Positions 1 to 13,442 of a stretch of DNA of 64,000 bases are shown one piece after another (within the stretch, counting starts at the first letter, position 1; every line of letters begins with the position of its first letter). The notes below the pieces were generated by a model that searched no databases, had not been told where the DNA came from, and saw nothing but the letters and a program-made list of their open reading frames with translations. The stretch is from Octopus vulgaris (Eukaryota), in NCBI GenBank assembly GCA_951406725.2, contig OX597818.1, forward strand, positions 102,548,001 to 102,612,000. The letters run 5' to 3'. A program made the position numbers and the translations under genes.

Positions 1-59
1 ACTATTGAATACTTTGAAAAAAGAAATGGAAATATTTTCAAAATATTCTTTTTATATTT

Positions 60-350
60 TTCTTCGTATTGTTCATTTGCAATTGAGACCTGCATTGTTT
101 CCATCCTTCAAGTAATATCACTTCTCTTACTGCTGTCAAAAGCATGCTCTCGATTCATGTGAAACTGCACCTACTTCCAGATAGTTTTCAAGACTGGTCT
201 ATTGAAATATAATGCTAGCAATTACATGTGGTGTAATACTCTGCGCAATGTCAGCATTCTTCCAATGTTCAGAAACCTTCCATTATTTCTCTGATAATTC
301 CCCCCTCTGTTAACGAATATATCCCTTGAGTTTTCGCAGTAATAACTTCC
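60..350 (-). mobile_element. Possible highly decayed RTE-type LINE reverse transcriptase fragment
   Basis: Minus-strand pieces (GGIIREIM, LKTIWK, SDIT..GNNAGL) loosely follow the LINE RT order GI.AEM / IW / KGD..GNYRGL; many stops and shifts. Confidence 0.3.
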
Positions 351-454
351 AGATTAGTTTCTACAACACTCTATTCTATTACAATTCTTCTGTTGCTTTA
401 TGTATTGCATACTTACATTCATAAAATGTTTGGTTGTTTCCAACCTCCTCTTTC

Positions 455-482
455 CTGAGGATCGAATGCTGAAACGGCCGTA
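455..482 (+). ncRNA. Degenerate hammerhead-like motif
   Basis: CTGAGGA-9nt-GAAACGGCCGTA; palindromic stem III (ACGGCCGT) but stems I and II do not pair. Confidence 0.3.
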
Positions 483-2778
483 TTACTGTATCAAAACTTA
501 CATTTTTATCATCCAATTATTTTCCTTGTCTCCTTTTATTCGTAAATATGGTAGCAATATACTTAAACGTTTATAATAAAGATATTATATGTATGTGTAT
601 AATGCAATACAACTTGTACTAGATTGCATGCTGATTTAGTTATTGACAAATAAATTAACAACCAATCCATGCTGGAGATCCTGGTAAATTGGGAAACCAA
701 GAAAAATCAAGTCCCCGCGAGAGATGAAAACTTCCTAGTGTGTAATCGGTGCATATCCAAATATGTTTCTGAAGGACATATTAAGAATCAAGATGACTAC
801 GGCGTATGATTATTAGCGAAAGCAGGTCCCTGAAATATAAACATAAAAATACGGTCGGAAATCCCATAAAGTCTTCGATTACATGTATTTTAATGCACAA
901 CAGTCTTTGCGTGAACTTTCTTCTCATCATCTTTACGTCTACCCACGTAGCTATAAGGAAGCTATTTCATTATTTTATAGGGGATATCATAGATGTTACC
1001 GAGGCTAAGTGCGGATTAATAAAAAAAGGACTGGATTCAAATACTTATTTACAGTAATATATTTATTTTTTGCATGTATTGTATAATCATGTATGGATTA
1101 TTTGTTTGGGTGTTCTTGGCTAGCCTTAGATAAAGATCACGCAGATAGAAATCAAAGTATAATGAATTTCTAACATATAATATTAGATTTAGATTCTCAT
1201 AAACACTTCTCTTATTGTAAGGCTGACACAGAAAAGCAGAATTTTAAAATGCATTCTAACAACTCAGATAATAATAATGGAACACTTAACGCTTTTAATA
1301 AGTTCATTTCCATTTCATTATTTGACGAGACATTCTGTAACTATGCTGTTCATTATCGAAACAATGCCTTCTAGAAATTAGCTAATTGTGCAAAATACGC
1401 TGCGTACAGAACAGTGTCAACACTAAAAGAAAATGCAGAAATAGCAAACGACATAAGGCATAATATATTATCATTTCAGTATAACAAGTTCTTGAATTTC
1501 ATGTATTAAAATATTTAAAATATGCGCTGCACCAAAAGCATTGCTCTTTTTCATAAGCAGTGTAACCAAAAGTTCCACGACTAACATATAAAACGCTGAC
1601 CCTACATACAAGTTCAGTAGCACTAAGTACAAACTTACCGAATAAATTTCTATTTTTATTAAATTAGTTTATAGTAAAACTCATCTGGCAAGCAGGAGGA
1701 ACGCAAAGACTATATATAATTCATACTGAACGTACTTTCAACAATGTTTCTTTCGAAATATGCGTATGTTGTGGCACTTATAAAGAACTACCAACTTAAT
1801 AGCGATAGTTCCTTTAGTTCAAAAGAGAATATTATAATTACGAAATCGATTGCACTATTATAACATACGTTCTTTCACATTAACATAAATTACTCCCGAA
1901 GGTGTGATACTTGCCTTCAAACCTACGACATCCTATAACACTGTTTATAATGTACTAACAAAACGTTGTGTCTGGGGAATTGAACAGTCACTCTCATCCA
2001 TATTTATTAAGGAAATTCCCATTACTGACTGGTTAGTGTACTTTATTACATATAAAACGGCTTCTCTGCTTCTTGAAAATATTCGCTGCCATCAATCAAA
2101 ACTAAGCTTCCATCAACACTAGTTTATTTCCAGGTGTGCCTTCTACTGTGAACCTACTAGGAATATGAAAATATCACATATGTTGCATTACAAGTCCTAC
2201 ATATCAAGATTGCAAACTGAAAATATGTACGTGATTTGCATTTGTTATATTGCCGCTTTCATTCCCTTGGTCTCTATTATTCGACAGAAAAAGGAAACTA
2301 TTGGAAAATATGTTTGTCACTAGACTTACTGTTCAGAAGCAGTTTATAATTCCATTTGAATTCATCGGAGATAAATTAGGTAAAGTTTGATCTAGATACA
2401 TACAGTAGAATGTGTGTAGTTTGTTCCAAATACGCATATGTTAGCAAAAATTGTTCCTCAATGATAGTTTCGAAATAGGATTTCGATTAAGTAGAGGTAA
2501 CCATGTGAGAATAGTAAAGAATAAAACTATGTGTGCTAAAGCGGTCGTATAGGTCATGTCTAGATAGCATGTGGCAATATTTCAGATGATGTCTAAACTG
2601 ACTGGCACTGAAAACCAGTTGCATTATGCATTCTGTTTTCTTCGAATACTTTCAGATTAAGGGTTCTTCGTATAATCTAACGTATCAAAGATAATCCGCA
2701 ATTTTATGATAAAGACCTGCTGCTTATTTTTTGTTCCGAGATTTCTTCTATCAGTAATTTGGAATGGTTAGAGCTGAA

Positions 2779-2880
2779 ATTTGGGGGAAGGGGGCAAGTC
2801 GATTAGATCGACCCCAGCCCCAGTATACAAATGGTACTTAATTTATCGATCCCGAAAGGATGAAAAGCAAAGTCGACCTT
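2779..2880 (-). mobile_element. Nin-domain-type tRNA-derived SINE fragment
   Basis: gtcgattagatcgacccc...tttatcgatcccgaaaggatgaaaagcaaagtcgacc matches copies at 35449 and 36670. Confidence 0.8.
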
Positions 2881-3035
2881 GATAGTAAAGTTAATTTCAA
2901 ATCTGAAAAGCTTGCCAATCTGTCATTTGATATTTCGTTTCGTGCGGAAACTCATGATTTATCAATTTACCAAACAGTCATTTCTATAATATTAATGAAA
3001 TTGGGAGACAGATTTGATGAGGTCAAACTACAGCA

Positions 3036-3113
3036 CACTATCCGTGCTGGATATCCACTATCCGTACTGGCTATCCACTATCCGTGCTGGCTATCCACTA
3101 TCCGTGCTGGCTA
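3036..3113. repeat. 20-bp minisatellite, ~4 copies
   Basis: cactatccgtgctggctatc repeated head to tail with 1-2 substitutions. Confidence 0.9.
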
Positions 3114-3247
3114 GTTTGCCTGATGAAATTAGCAGACTAGAAACCATTGACATGGCGTAAAGGTATTCGTCTTAGTTGTTAGTTATGATATGAAATTTCG
3201 ACACCCTTTCTCATTCTAATGAGCTCGGATTTGCAATTTTCAATGTA

Positions 3248-3627
3248 AGCGCAGGAGTGGCAGTGTGATAAGGAGCTTGCTTACCAACCACATGGATCCA
3301 GGTTCAGTCCCACTGCGTGGCACCTTGGGTAAGTGTCTTCTACTATAGCCTCGGGCCGAACAAAGCCTTGTGAATGGATTTGGTAGACGGAAACTGAAAG
3401 AAGCCCGTCGTATTTATGCATATATAAATATGTATGTGTGCGTCTGTGTTTGTCCCCCAACATCGCTTGACAACAAATGCTGGTGTGTTTACGTCCCCGT
3501 AACCTAGAGGTTCGGCAAAAGAGACCGATAGAATAAGTACAAAGAATAAGTCCTGGGGTCGATTTACTCGACTAAAGGCGGTGCTTCAGCATGACCACAG
3601 TCGAATGACTGAAACAAGTAAATGAGT
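3248..3627 (+). mobile_element. tRNA-derived SINE with CORE-like segment (family A), full length
   Basis: gcaggagtggc head, ggttcagtccc B-box, caccttgggtaagtg CORE-like stretch, internal TA/TG tract, gactgaaacaagtaa tail; several copies in window. Confidence 0.9.
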
Positions 3628-3879
3628 AGTTAATATGATAGGGAAGAGATGTCCATAATTTGCGCTTATATTTATCTGAAGATCTTTTTCTTCTCCCTTT
3701 TGCCATAAAGTTTGATTTGGAGAGATCCAGCTTCATTACCCTACTCGTATTCCAAACCAGGTCCGTAATATGTATATACGATGCGAAGTCGAACTATAAT
3801 CTGCAATTTCGCCAAAAGACATCTTTTTTATCGTCACACTGCCTTCTGTGCATTCGTTCTTGTATATGGTATTATCGTG

Positions 3880-4055
3880 GTCACGTGATCGAAGTTTCAG
3901 CTTGATCGCGCCATTTTTTTCTGGCTTTACAGTGTAAGCATGGCCGCCCCACTAGTAATGTGCACCAGTGTAAAGTCGGAGAGGACAATAGCACGAACAG
4001 ACTCAAGCTTCGGTCAGGTGACCACAATAGTACCAACTATAAGCGCGCATGCGCA
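3880..4055. promoter_or_regulatory. Candidate promoter motif cluster (E-box, YY1-like, NRF1-like)
   Basis: gtcacgtgat 3880-3889, cgccatttt 3909-3917, gcgcatgcgca 4045-4055 in a locally CpG-richer patch. Confidence 0.3.
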
Positions 4056-4324
4056 GAAGGGAGTTTGATAATAATAAAGATATGTTATGGCGAGAATATG
4101 GATAATGTTTGACTTCTTCTCGTAGCTGATAGGATGATGCATGTATATTCTGCAAGCAATTCCGCAAACGTGCCTATTTGCCTTCTGAAAAGTTCATTTA
4201 TATCTCACAATAAGAGGGTACGGACCTAGAAGTATGTGCGTGTATAAGAACTTAGTGACAGGCACTGATAATTATATACATATACAGGTACAAACATTTA
4301 TATACATGTAAATATTGATGCATA

Positions 4325-4329
4325 CATGC

Positions 4330-4386
<57 letters not shown>

Positions 4387-4502
4387 CAGAGAGAGAGAGA
4401 GAGATCTATACATACACACATACATGTATATACTTATATACACACACACACAAACACACACAAGCACATACACATACATACACACACACATATATATATA
4501 TA
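4325..4502. repeat. Compound (CA)n/(TA)n/(GA)n microsatellite
   Basis: Direct reading. Confidence 0.95.
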
Positions 4503-4637
4503 ATTGAATAAGACAGGGCAGAGTCAACAAGGAGTACGGACAGAGGGTTATTTAATAATCTCCACACATGTTTCCATACATAGATCTACAGATAACGATC
4601 TTCATAAATACAGGATTTATATTATGCAACGATTTAC

Positions 4638-4799
4638 CTGTACAATGGAATCCAGTTGCATTTCTTCAGGTGATATACAATTGCTGTCACCGTTAGTGAC
4701 AAAACCTTCGACTTCGTTGCTAGCACATCCATCTGCCTCGTTGTGTATGTGTATGCATGTATTTCTGCAAGTCTGCTGTGTATACATGCGATATTGTGC
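4638..4799 (-). CDS. Candidate internal exon of unknown gene
   Basis: tcagctag acceptor, CAG|gtaaat donor, 162 bp open in phase 0: AQYRMYTQQTCRNTCIHIHNEADGCASNEVEGFVTNGDSNCISPEEMQLDSIVQ. Confidence 0.25.
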
Positions 4800-7700
4800 C
4801 TAGCTGACATTAGATATGGAAATATATGTGTTGTGATTTCGAATTCCATATCTAAGGGATAAAAAAATCATAGATAAGAGTGAGACGCTGAAATAAATGA
4901 AAGCAAAGTGGCAAATTATTAGAAAATAACACAATTAAAATATTTAGTGTTGTTCGAATTCTGACGATTAGTACTTGCGGTTCTGTGACATCGGATTTTT
5001 GAAACTAGTGAAAAACTCCCGTATTATTCCAGCGCCAAAATATTTTGGCGAGATCTATGTAGTCATCGAGGATGAAAATGGCATTTCTTGACGGGTGTCG
5101 GAATTATTTTTATCTCCACTAAGCGTTTAATTTTTAACCCTCTGCATATTTTATGTAACATACGGTTGTTACATATTTTTTTCTAATTTATTCATTTATT
5201 TTACTTGCACATAATTTGAGACTTTGTGTTGACAGTGGTACATAAACAAGACAAATCCCATTAATTTTTGCCTCCGATCATGGCATATATTCCCAAAACT
5301 GAAATACAACTGTTTCCATATTATTTATTAATCGTCAGAGCTATGAAGTATTTGACTTATCTTCTCGGTACGTTTATCAAACTAAGATGCTCTGAAAAGG
5401 AAATAACACAATGTTGTCTGCCGTTTAATTCTCTCCAAGACAACAAATCGAAGTCCAAGTGAGTCCTATCCATAGATTTCTCCGGTAACTCAATCCAGAT
5501 TCTTTTACAGTTAATTGGAGTTCTTGCATTGCGCGTCTTAACCCATTTATCACCAGTTTTCTTTTTTACATATCGCCATGCGTTTTCCTTTATCCACACA
5601 ATTATTTATGTAACAACTCTAGGTAAATAATACCTGCTGCTAAATGCGCTAAACAATAACCTGTATCAATGTAAAAATATTTCTTTATTATTTTCTGATG
5701 CAGGATATTATTAGCGTATATCTTTCTTAATACGTATGTTTCCGGTGATGACTGTCCACGAGGCAGCAATATAAACCGTAAATTGATCCATTATTTCTAT
5801 TATTACACCCAAACAATCTGTTTTACAATTTATATTTGTTTCCATTAGCTATATAGTTGTTCTACTGCATGTGGATGCAGGGGAAATATTTTAATTACAT
5901 TTTATGTTTTCTTCGTGCAATATCCAGCTAGGTTTTGCCGTTGCTTCAGAGCTTTACATTGAAATTAATTCAAAATAACGGTTATTGTAATCAACAACAA
6001 TTGCCTTAGGAGCCTTATAAATTTAAGTGCCTGTTTTAATTGGAAAGTAGTGGTTCATTTAGAATTTTCAGTAACGAAATTAGGAAGTAGAACACTCATT
6101 ATCAAGAAATTTAACGCTGTTTTACAAATCCGTAAGAAATTGTTGTAATAAGTTCACGGTAGTTATTATTATATATCATTTTACTTGGTTCGAATCGGAT
6201 AAAAACGTCGTAGTGTTTCCAAAAGGTATAATTGTAATCTATTAAACTGAATCTAACATAATATCGAATACAATATTAGGAGTACATCATCCAGCGTAAT
6301 GAATATATCTTGTCAAATATCCAACAACCAAACGTCACCGCAGGTGCTAAACTTCGGTGGTTTTGTTTTGTGTTTACGTCCTCATAACTTTGTAGTTCTG
6401 CATCAGAGAACAATAGGATATGATCAAGGTTTTGAATTTATAATTACTGTTGTTTATTACCTCGAATAAAAGCCCTCAAGACGTTGGCCCATCACGGCTG
6501 CAGTCCAATGATTGAATCAAGGGAAGGCTACTGCACCTAGATCTTTTACGGATTCTTCTGATTTTGATATCCGTGCATTCGTGCAATTATATATAATTCT
6601 CTTTTTGTATTTCTCTTTCTTATAGGCAGCAAATTTCAGGCTTATAAGTACAAGGCTTCAAAGTTATGGGGTGGTCATTCATCAATTACATTGACTACAG
6701 TGTTCAATTGCTGCCTTTTAATCACTCTTTTAAAATGAATGGTTAAACTCAGACCGTAAATTGCGTGAAGAAAAATAGCTAAGAATTTGCGTTATATTTG
6801 TTACAGAAGCAATTCTACTAGCTTGACGAATTTGATGCATGTAATCCATTGACGTCCCTTTAATTGACAACACTTATATACATCGATATTTGTCTGGTAA
6901 ATTAAAAATATAATGAGTTATACTTGGCAATCTGATGAATCACATGTAGTAAGGGGTACAATCTCAGGGAGATCAAGTTTGTTAAAAGTACCACAAAAGT
7001 ACTTGGGTGTGCGGTAGTCGTGTTGTAACAAGATATGTGGTTGTTAATTTGTATCCCAACAACCAGGGAGATTTGGATCTTGGACAAAACACCGAGACTA
7101 TCATTCCTCTGAGTGGCAGAGTATATTGAAAATCTTTAAATTATCAAAACATTTTTCTTGACAAGGCAAAGTTTCGAGTGACAAGAAATATCGTTGACTC
7201 AGTTTGTTCCTAACAGGAAGAAGAAATAAAATTTAAACTTAAAAAATGTAATAAAATGAAGATAAAGATTTTGAGGTAAAGAAGAAGAGGTGCGTTGTCA
7301 CTACCATTATTGAATTTTATTGAAACATTAGTACGATGCAATATATTTCTCGGGAGAAAGGAAATTATAATACAAATGTTTTATAATGCAATGTTGACGA
7401 GAATAACGTCAACGGCGACAATGACGTTCATAATGATATTGACTTTGACAACAGTGACGACAATGGCAACGACGATGACAACCACTGAGATGATTACGGT
7501 AGTGAATATCAGTAGCATCATGAGGTTTTATTATAACTTTGATACAAAGCAATATAATCCCAAGGAAAAGTTATAGTTATTATATGCAGATAAATTATAT
7601 ATATAATATATCCCACGAAGACTTGAAAGGCAATATAACCATAGTTTTTATATTTTGCTATATTATACAGCGTCGAAGTGTCTTCTCTTCAAATATCACA

Positions 7701-9446
7701 TGTATAATTTATGCAATTACCATATTTCAATAGATAAATGGACGTGATAGAAGAAAAGGATGTAAATATTAGGCGCTTTATCCATTAGTGACAAAGTAAT
7801 CAGAATTATACATTTATGTTTATCGCAAAACATTAGTAACACAAATGATAGGAAATTATTTTAAGCCATTTTGGAATCCTTGGCATGGCTTGTGCGGTTA
7901 TGACTCAAAGGTATTCGACAGCAATGTTCGAATATTTTCTCCAGAGATATTGGTGATGGTTCCTCTTTATATTCGATCCATTATTATTCAACAGATACTT
8001 GTAACTGGGAATCGCAAATGAACTTATTTGTGTAACAATTTGCACTATAATTAGCAACGACACAGATATTCTGCTCTGTTCAAATTATATGTAAATATAG
8101 CATATGACTTTGTACATTACGAATGATAAACTTGCTCGAGTCTGATTTGAAAGAACTCTAGCTGGTATTCGTAACAGCGGCGTCACCATTATATTTGATG
8201 CATATCAAATGAAGCTGTATTTGTTCACACTTTATATATGTTAAATGGTGGTCACTTTATTCTGGAAATCGTATATTAATACTATATTTAACGAAATAAT
8301 AACCTATATTGTCATTATAGGTTTTCATTTCTTAGCGTTATTTTAAATTAATGTTATACTCTCAATCACTTCCAGTGATGCAATTATCCAATGTCTAGAC
8401 ACAAATTATTTTTTATATTTACTAATACACATACTTCTATATTTCATAACTTCCTTGCATACGTCATTCATATATTTCTATGTGTCATGAAGTTCTCATT
8501 CATAAAATCCATTGATATGTGTTGTTGTAACTTATAGGTGTAAAAACAAGAAGTACAGATCTTTGGTGATCGGTGAGAAATGTAATAGGAAAAATGGCCT
8601 TTAATGTGAATTTTTATGCCCTTAGTTTGGAACTATGGATGACACAGTTTGAAATTTTTAAATGCTTAGATTATGGCGAAATATATCACACAGAGCTAAA
8701 CTGTTAACAGGTTAGTCGCAGAAAGATAACATTTGAAGCGCTTAATAAGGTTTCAAAATGACTCCGAAGAGCAGTTTTAGTTACCGTACAACGACACGAC
8801 AGCGTCATTTGTCTTCCATAGTTGGATGGGACATTACTCGTTATAAAACGTGATATGCGCACAGAATTTGCCTGAGAAACGGGGCGAAGCTATCGATTGC
8901 AGATTATGAATGTGAAAATTACGCATGTAGCAATGATGAGGATTATGAAAATTTGCTAGTGTTCATTTCTTCAGGGTACCTAAAATCATGGATCTAATGC
9001 TGTGAACAAAAAAAGCTTCTTTACTCTCCGCTTACTCTTCTTGTTATCTTATAGTGGATACCTCGTTCTATGGGAAATATTATTAATACGATATATATTA
9101 CTTTACGGAACATTGAAAGACGTTAATAAAACAAGAACACCTGCGTGAATATCTCTGATTTTCCTTATCCTTTTCGTGTGATAAATATTGTGGAAGAAGA
9201 CTGTGAACTGACGGGTGGTGCATCTTCTTCATCTGTTTTGGCAGTAATCAGTAGTACAGTTTCATATGCCGATGCACAACAGGGCAAACTGGATAAGCAT
9301 TCTATTTCCTCTTCTTACAGTAGACAAAACCCCTATTTAGTTATCTAAATAATAGGCATGCTACACTCAATGCGCACTCAACAAACTAGCTGAGCAAGTG
9401 AGTCATGTCTTTTGGAATCAACCCCACTCAGAAATTTTCATTTTTT

Positions 9447-9653
9447 CTTTACTCTTTTACTTGATTCAGTCAGTTGACTATGGTCATGCTGGAGCACCTC
9501 CTTTAGTCGAGCAAATCGACCCCAGGACTTATTCTTTGTAAGCCTAGTACTTATTCTATCAGTCTCTTTTGCCGAACTGCTAAGTTACAGGGACGTATAC
9601 ACACCAGTATCGCTTAAGAAGCAATGTTGGCGGGACAAACACAGACACACGCA

Positions 9654-9703
<50 letters not shown>

Positions 9704-9840
9704 CGACGGGCTTCTTTCATTTTCCGTCTACCAAATCCACTCAAAAGGATTTGGCCGGCCGGAGGCTATAGTAGAAGACACTTGCCCAAGGTGCCACGCA
9801 GTGGGACTGAACCCGGAACCACACAGCCACTCCTACGCCT
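9447..9840 (-). mobile_element. SINE family A with deletion in tRNA-like head
   Basis: Reverse complement of the 3248 family; internal (TA)n expanded. Confidence 0.9.
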
Positions 9841-10710
9841 TTATAGTGTGTTTATCAAGTTTGTGCATGCTGTGTTGCTGGAGTTCTTGCTGGTTTGTTT
9901 CTTTTAAATCTGATTTTCTATTTCGGGCCATATAACTGTAACCACCAACTCTGCTGTCACAACGGAAAGAGTATTTCTCCATGAAGTAATAATCGTGAAA
10001 ATAGTATCTTCTAGGCGGAGTTACGAAAAGTGTGGTATTTTGAAGCAACAAAAGTATCATTATTAGAAGCAGTAGTAGCAGTAACATTACAATTACTAAT
10101 AATTGCTATTGTAAAACTAAGATTTTATCAAGAGGAAAGCACTAAATCAATGAATAAGGAACAGCGTAAGCACCTTACGACGTTACAAGCCAATAAACAA
10201 AAATATACAAAGACAGACAAGTAAAATAGGATAGGTACTGACAAGACATTCGACGCCTGGCAAAAAACGGCCCCAATATCTGCATAATTAAAATCCAGTG
10301 TACACATCAACAGTAGTTATAAGGAAATTGGATTACAATTCCACGAAATATTAAAAGGAAAATATATTGTATAAATTTAATGTTTGAACTAAGATATGTC
10401 TATCATTATTTCGCGAACAAGACCATATATAAAAAGAAAGACTCAAAAAATAGAAAATACAGTAAGAATAAAAAATAAAACTTTTCGGGAGTAAAAAAAA
10501 AACAAAATTATTTCGAACTTATTTCAGGCATTTACAACATGGTTTAATTGCCTAATTGGATTCTAAGTAAATTGTACCAGCTGGTGTAACATAAATCGGA
10601 GAAAATTATAAAAAGGGTTAAGAAGACATTAATAGAAATTGGATTGGTATACATAAGTATTTGAAAGGTTAAAATACTAATGGAAACAGTAAATATTCTG
10701 TATTAATCCC

Positions 10711-10786
10711 GGCGGCATTTGAATCCGGAAGAAATGCTTGCTAAGCATTTTTTTCGGAGTCCTAGCGATTCTACCATCTTGCCGCC
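10711..10786 (-). mobile_element. Decayed Nin-type SINE head
   Basis: ggcggcatttgaatc...gctaagcattt...ctagcgattctacca...gccgcc. Confidence 0.5.
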
Positions 10787-11580
10787 ATAGAGGCAAGAAA
10801 ACTAATGACTGCATTCATAATAAACCACACAACATCTGCTACAGAACGACAATATTTGCTATGAACGCAGAAATGTAGAGGCCTTAAGCAACTGATACAT
10901 ATTTTATGAATTAACCAAAAAAAGATATCAAGTAAAATACTCATATAAATATCCATAAATTATGAGCAAAACAAGATATAAACTAACCTTGGTCTTTAAG
11001 GAAACTAATGCATTCTAAATAGAGGATAACATGATAAACGGGTTTGAAGAAAAATAACAGGAAATTTGAAAACCTGCAATATTAGTAAAAAAATGGGACA
11101 GCAGATTGACACGAACGATAAAGGGATAATGAGAAACTTAACATCGATAATTTAAAAACCAAATATACTCATGGTGGAAATAAACATAGGAATACACAGA
11201 ATACTGGCTGAAAAAAGCAAAATTTATAGTAGAGACCAGGAATTTTAAACATAAAATGCTTTCCTTTTGAAAACATTAAAAACCAAGTTTTATGCAGAAT
11301 ACATTGATATCGGAATAAAGCAATTTCATATTTGCCTGTAGCTTCCGTCGAAAGGATTAGCGAATTAAAGGTTGCATACAATTCAAATTATGTCTGCAAA
11401 TTCTAACACAACATATAATTGAAACACTTGTCGGATTGTAATTTAATGTATCGACCTAGGACCTTGTGATTTGAACCCAAATGGAAAAGAACCGGAAGAA
11501 TATCCACAAGATATTTTGACAAGCTTTCTATCAATTGTGATATTTGTTAGCAACATATAATAATGCTTCCTACTCTTGCC

Positions 11581-11775
11581 ATAAGGCCTGAAACTATTTA
11601 GGAAGGGGATAGCCGAGACATCGACCACAGTGCCAAACTGATGAGAATCGACCGTGAAATGACGAAAATCGATGCTGAACTCGGCGGAATTTTAACTCAC
11701 AACTTAAACACAGGGGAAATGCCGAGTAGCATTCTGAGCGGGGTGCTAACAATTTTTGCCAGGTGATCACCGTTA
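11581..11775 (-). mobile_element. Decayed Nin-type SINE
   Basis: ctcggcggaattttaactc...gtgctaacaatttttgccag. Confidence 0.6.
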
Positions 11776-11791
11776 TCAGATTTGTCCGTTC

Positions 11792-12364
11792 TATTGGATT
11801 GACCGGAAAGTTCGTGCCGATTTATAGTAGCTCACCTTTCGACTTATTTTAGAACATGGTTGAGTCCATAAAATAGGATTTGACTACGCCTCCATTTAGA
11901 GCACAGTTTAAGCTATCTTTTCGTAGAAGAAGTTTTATACTCCTATAACCTGTGTTAATTCTGTAACCCTTTAAAATGGAAAATAAGAAATTCATATTCT
12001 GAACTTGATGATTTGGGAACCAGACAAAAAGTGCTGCATTTCGGCTGGGATGTTATACCTCACCCTCCATTTGCACCAGATATTGCTCCTTCGGATTTCC
12101 ATTTATTCAGGTCTCTGCAGAATAGTCTTAATGGTAAAACTTTTAATTCCTTGGATGAAGTAAGATACCTTGATGAATATACCTTGATGAATGATACCTT
12201 GGTTTGCCATGAAACCACCTCAATTCTGGGAAGAGGGTATTTTCAAGTTAAAGGAAAGATGGAGACGCATTTTTCAACAAAAGGGTTCATATTTGGTTGA
12301 TTAAATATGTAATGGCAAGTATTTATTGAGATTTTTCTTTCCATTAAAAATCGGACAACCCACT
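11792..12364 (+). mobile_element. Internally deleted mariner element
   Basis: Left TIR tattggattgaccggaaagttcgtgccgattt; right TIR present with internal deletion (aaatcgg|acaaccca); ATG at 11976 (MENKK) joined to C-terminal transposase GWDVIPHPPFAPDIAPSDFHLFRSLQNSL (mariner YSPDLAPSD motif). Confidence 0.9.
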
Positions 12365-12369
12365 ACTAT

Positions 12370-12567
12370 AAGCTCAAACATGAAATTCGACGGGTAGAGG
12401 CTCTTAGTTTACAATAAGTGCAGTGATAAAATAGTACCTATTTCAAAGACACCGAAAGGTTAAAAGAATGACCTCGGTGGAATTTTAACTCAGAACCTGA
12501 AGAGGTATGAACTGCCACTAAGCAGTTTTGTCCGTTATGCTAACGTTTCTGCCAACTAGGCGCCTTA
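12370..12567 (-). mobile_element. Decayed Nin-type SINE
   Basis: gacctcggtggaattttaactcagaac...gctaacgtttctgccaact. Confidence 0.65.
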
Positions 12568-13015
12568 ATTTGAATAATGGTATTATATCCATAAAACTTA
12601 GAAAAACAAATTCTGTAAGATAATACCAAAATATCAACAAAGATGTCTGACTGCTAGTGTGGATAGGATCCAAGACAGAATTTTATGATAATGTGCAAAT
12701 TAATAGAAGTAATAAAGATTCATATAGTTGAGTTTAACATTATCAACAGAGATAAAATTATGAAATAAAAATCGACACAGAAAATATAAATGATTTTATT
12801 ACGAAAGTCATGGAAGTTTATTTTCTCTCTTGACACCTATTCATTTAAATATTATTATGAATCACATTTGAAATCAAAATAAATATTTCGTTAATGTTAC
12901 ATTTAAAAGAAAAATTATATGACTAGCACAGAATTGGATCATTTCCATAATCTATAACTCTATCTAAATTGTTTTCTTATCTCTAAAATATTATCTGTCT
13001 TCCTCTTTCCCTCTT

Positions 13016-13048
<33 letters not shown>

Positions 13049-13054
13049 GTATTA

Positions 13055-13084
<30 letters not shown>

Positions 13085-13085
<1 letters not shown>

Positions 13086-13194
13086 TGGCCAGCGGGGTGG
13101 CGTCATTTGAAAGCTAAAACAATGCGAAGCGCATTGTGATCAGCGATGTGTAGCAACATCTGATAGCCTGGTCGGTCACGGTGATCACGGTGAT
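13085..13194 (+). mobile_element. 5'-truncated SINE 3' tail (RTE-type end) inside (TA)n
   Basis: Matches reverse complement of 56908-57015; ends ggtcggtcacggtgatcacggtgat. Confidence 0.85.
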
Positions 13195-13209
13195 ATATAT
13201 ATATATATA

Positions 13210-13264
<55 letters not shown>

Positions 13265-13267
<3 letters not shown>

Positions 13268-13403
13268 TATTGCAAATCAAATCTGGAACTCGACTGACGA
13301 ATGAAAACTCCGAATGACCCGTCCTTGTTTTTCTTGTCTCTCTTTTGTAATCTTCTATCTGTCTGGGTATTTTGCGTTCTTTTCCCATGTTTTGTATTCT
13401 CTA
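13265..13403. mobile_element. (TA)n-flanked repeat fragment related to 50960-51110, probably a Penelope-like terminus
   Basis: Shared ctggaact.gactgacga...ccgtccttgt...ctgtctgg.tatt.tgcgttctt.tcccat. Confidence 0.5.

Positions 13404-13442
<39 letters not shown>

Noticed and set aside
1639-1684. Minus-strand exon with good acceptor and GTAAGT donor
   Set aside because: Stop codons in all three frames; at most non-coding.
2331-2390. Minus-strand exon before a GTAAGT donor
   Set aside because: All frames closed between the nearest acceptor and the donor.
3036-3113. Regular 20-bp repeats as a CRISPR array
   Set aside because: No unique spacers, no cas genes, eukaryotic context; a minisatellite.
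4020-4176. Open frame KANRHVCGIACR... as a next DEG/ENaC exon
   Set aside because: No donor at the expected place and no other ENaC hallmark such as the GG.LGL..G.S segment found.
12013-12300. Mariner ORF as an active transposase or SETMAR-like gene
   Set aside because: Most of the transposase is deleted, the end is frameshifted and no SET domain is present.
13291-13310. CTGACGA..GAAA as a hammerhead (also ~50985)
   Set aside because: No room for stem II and no stem III or NUH site.
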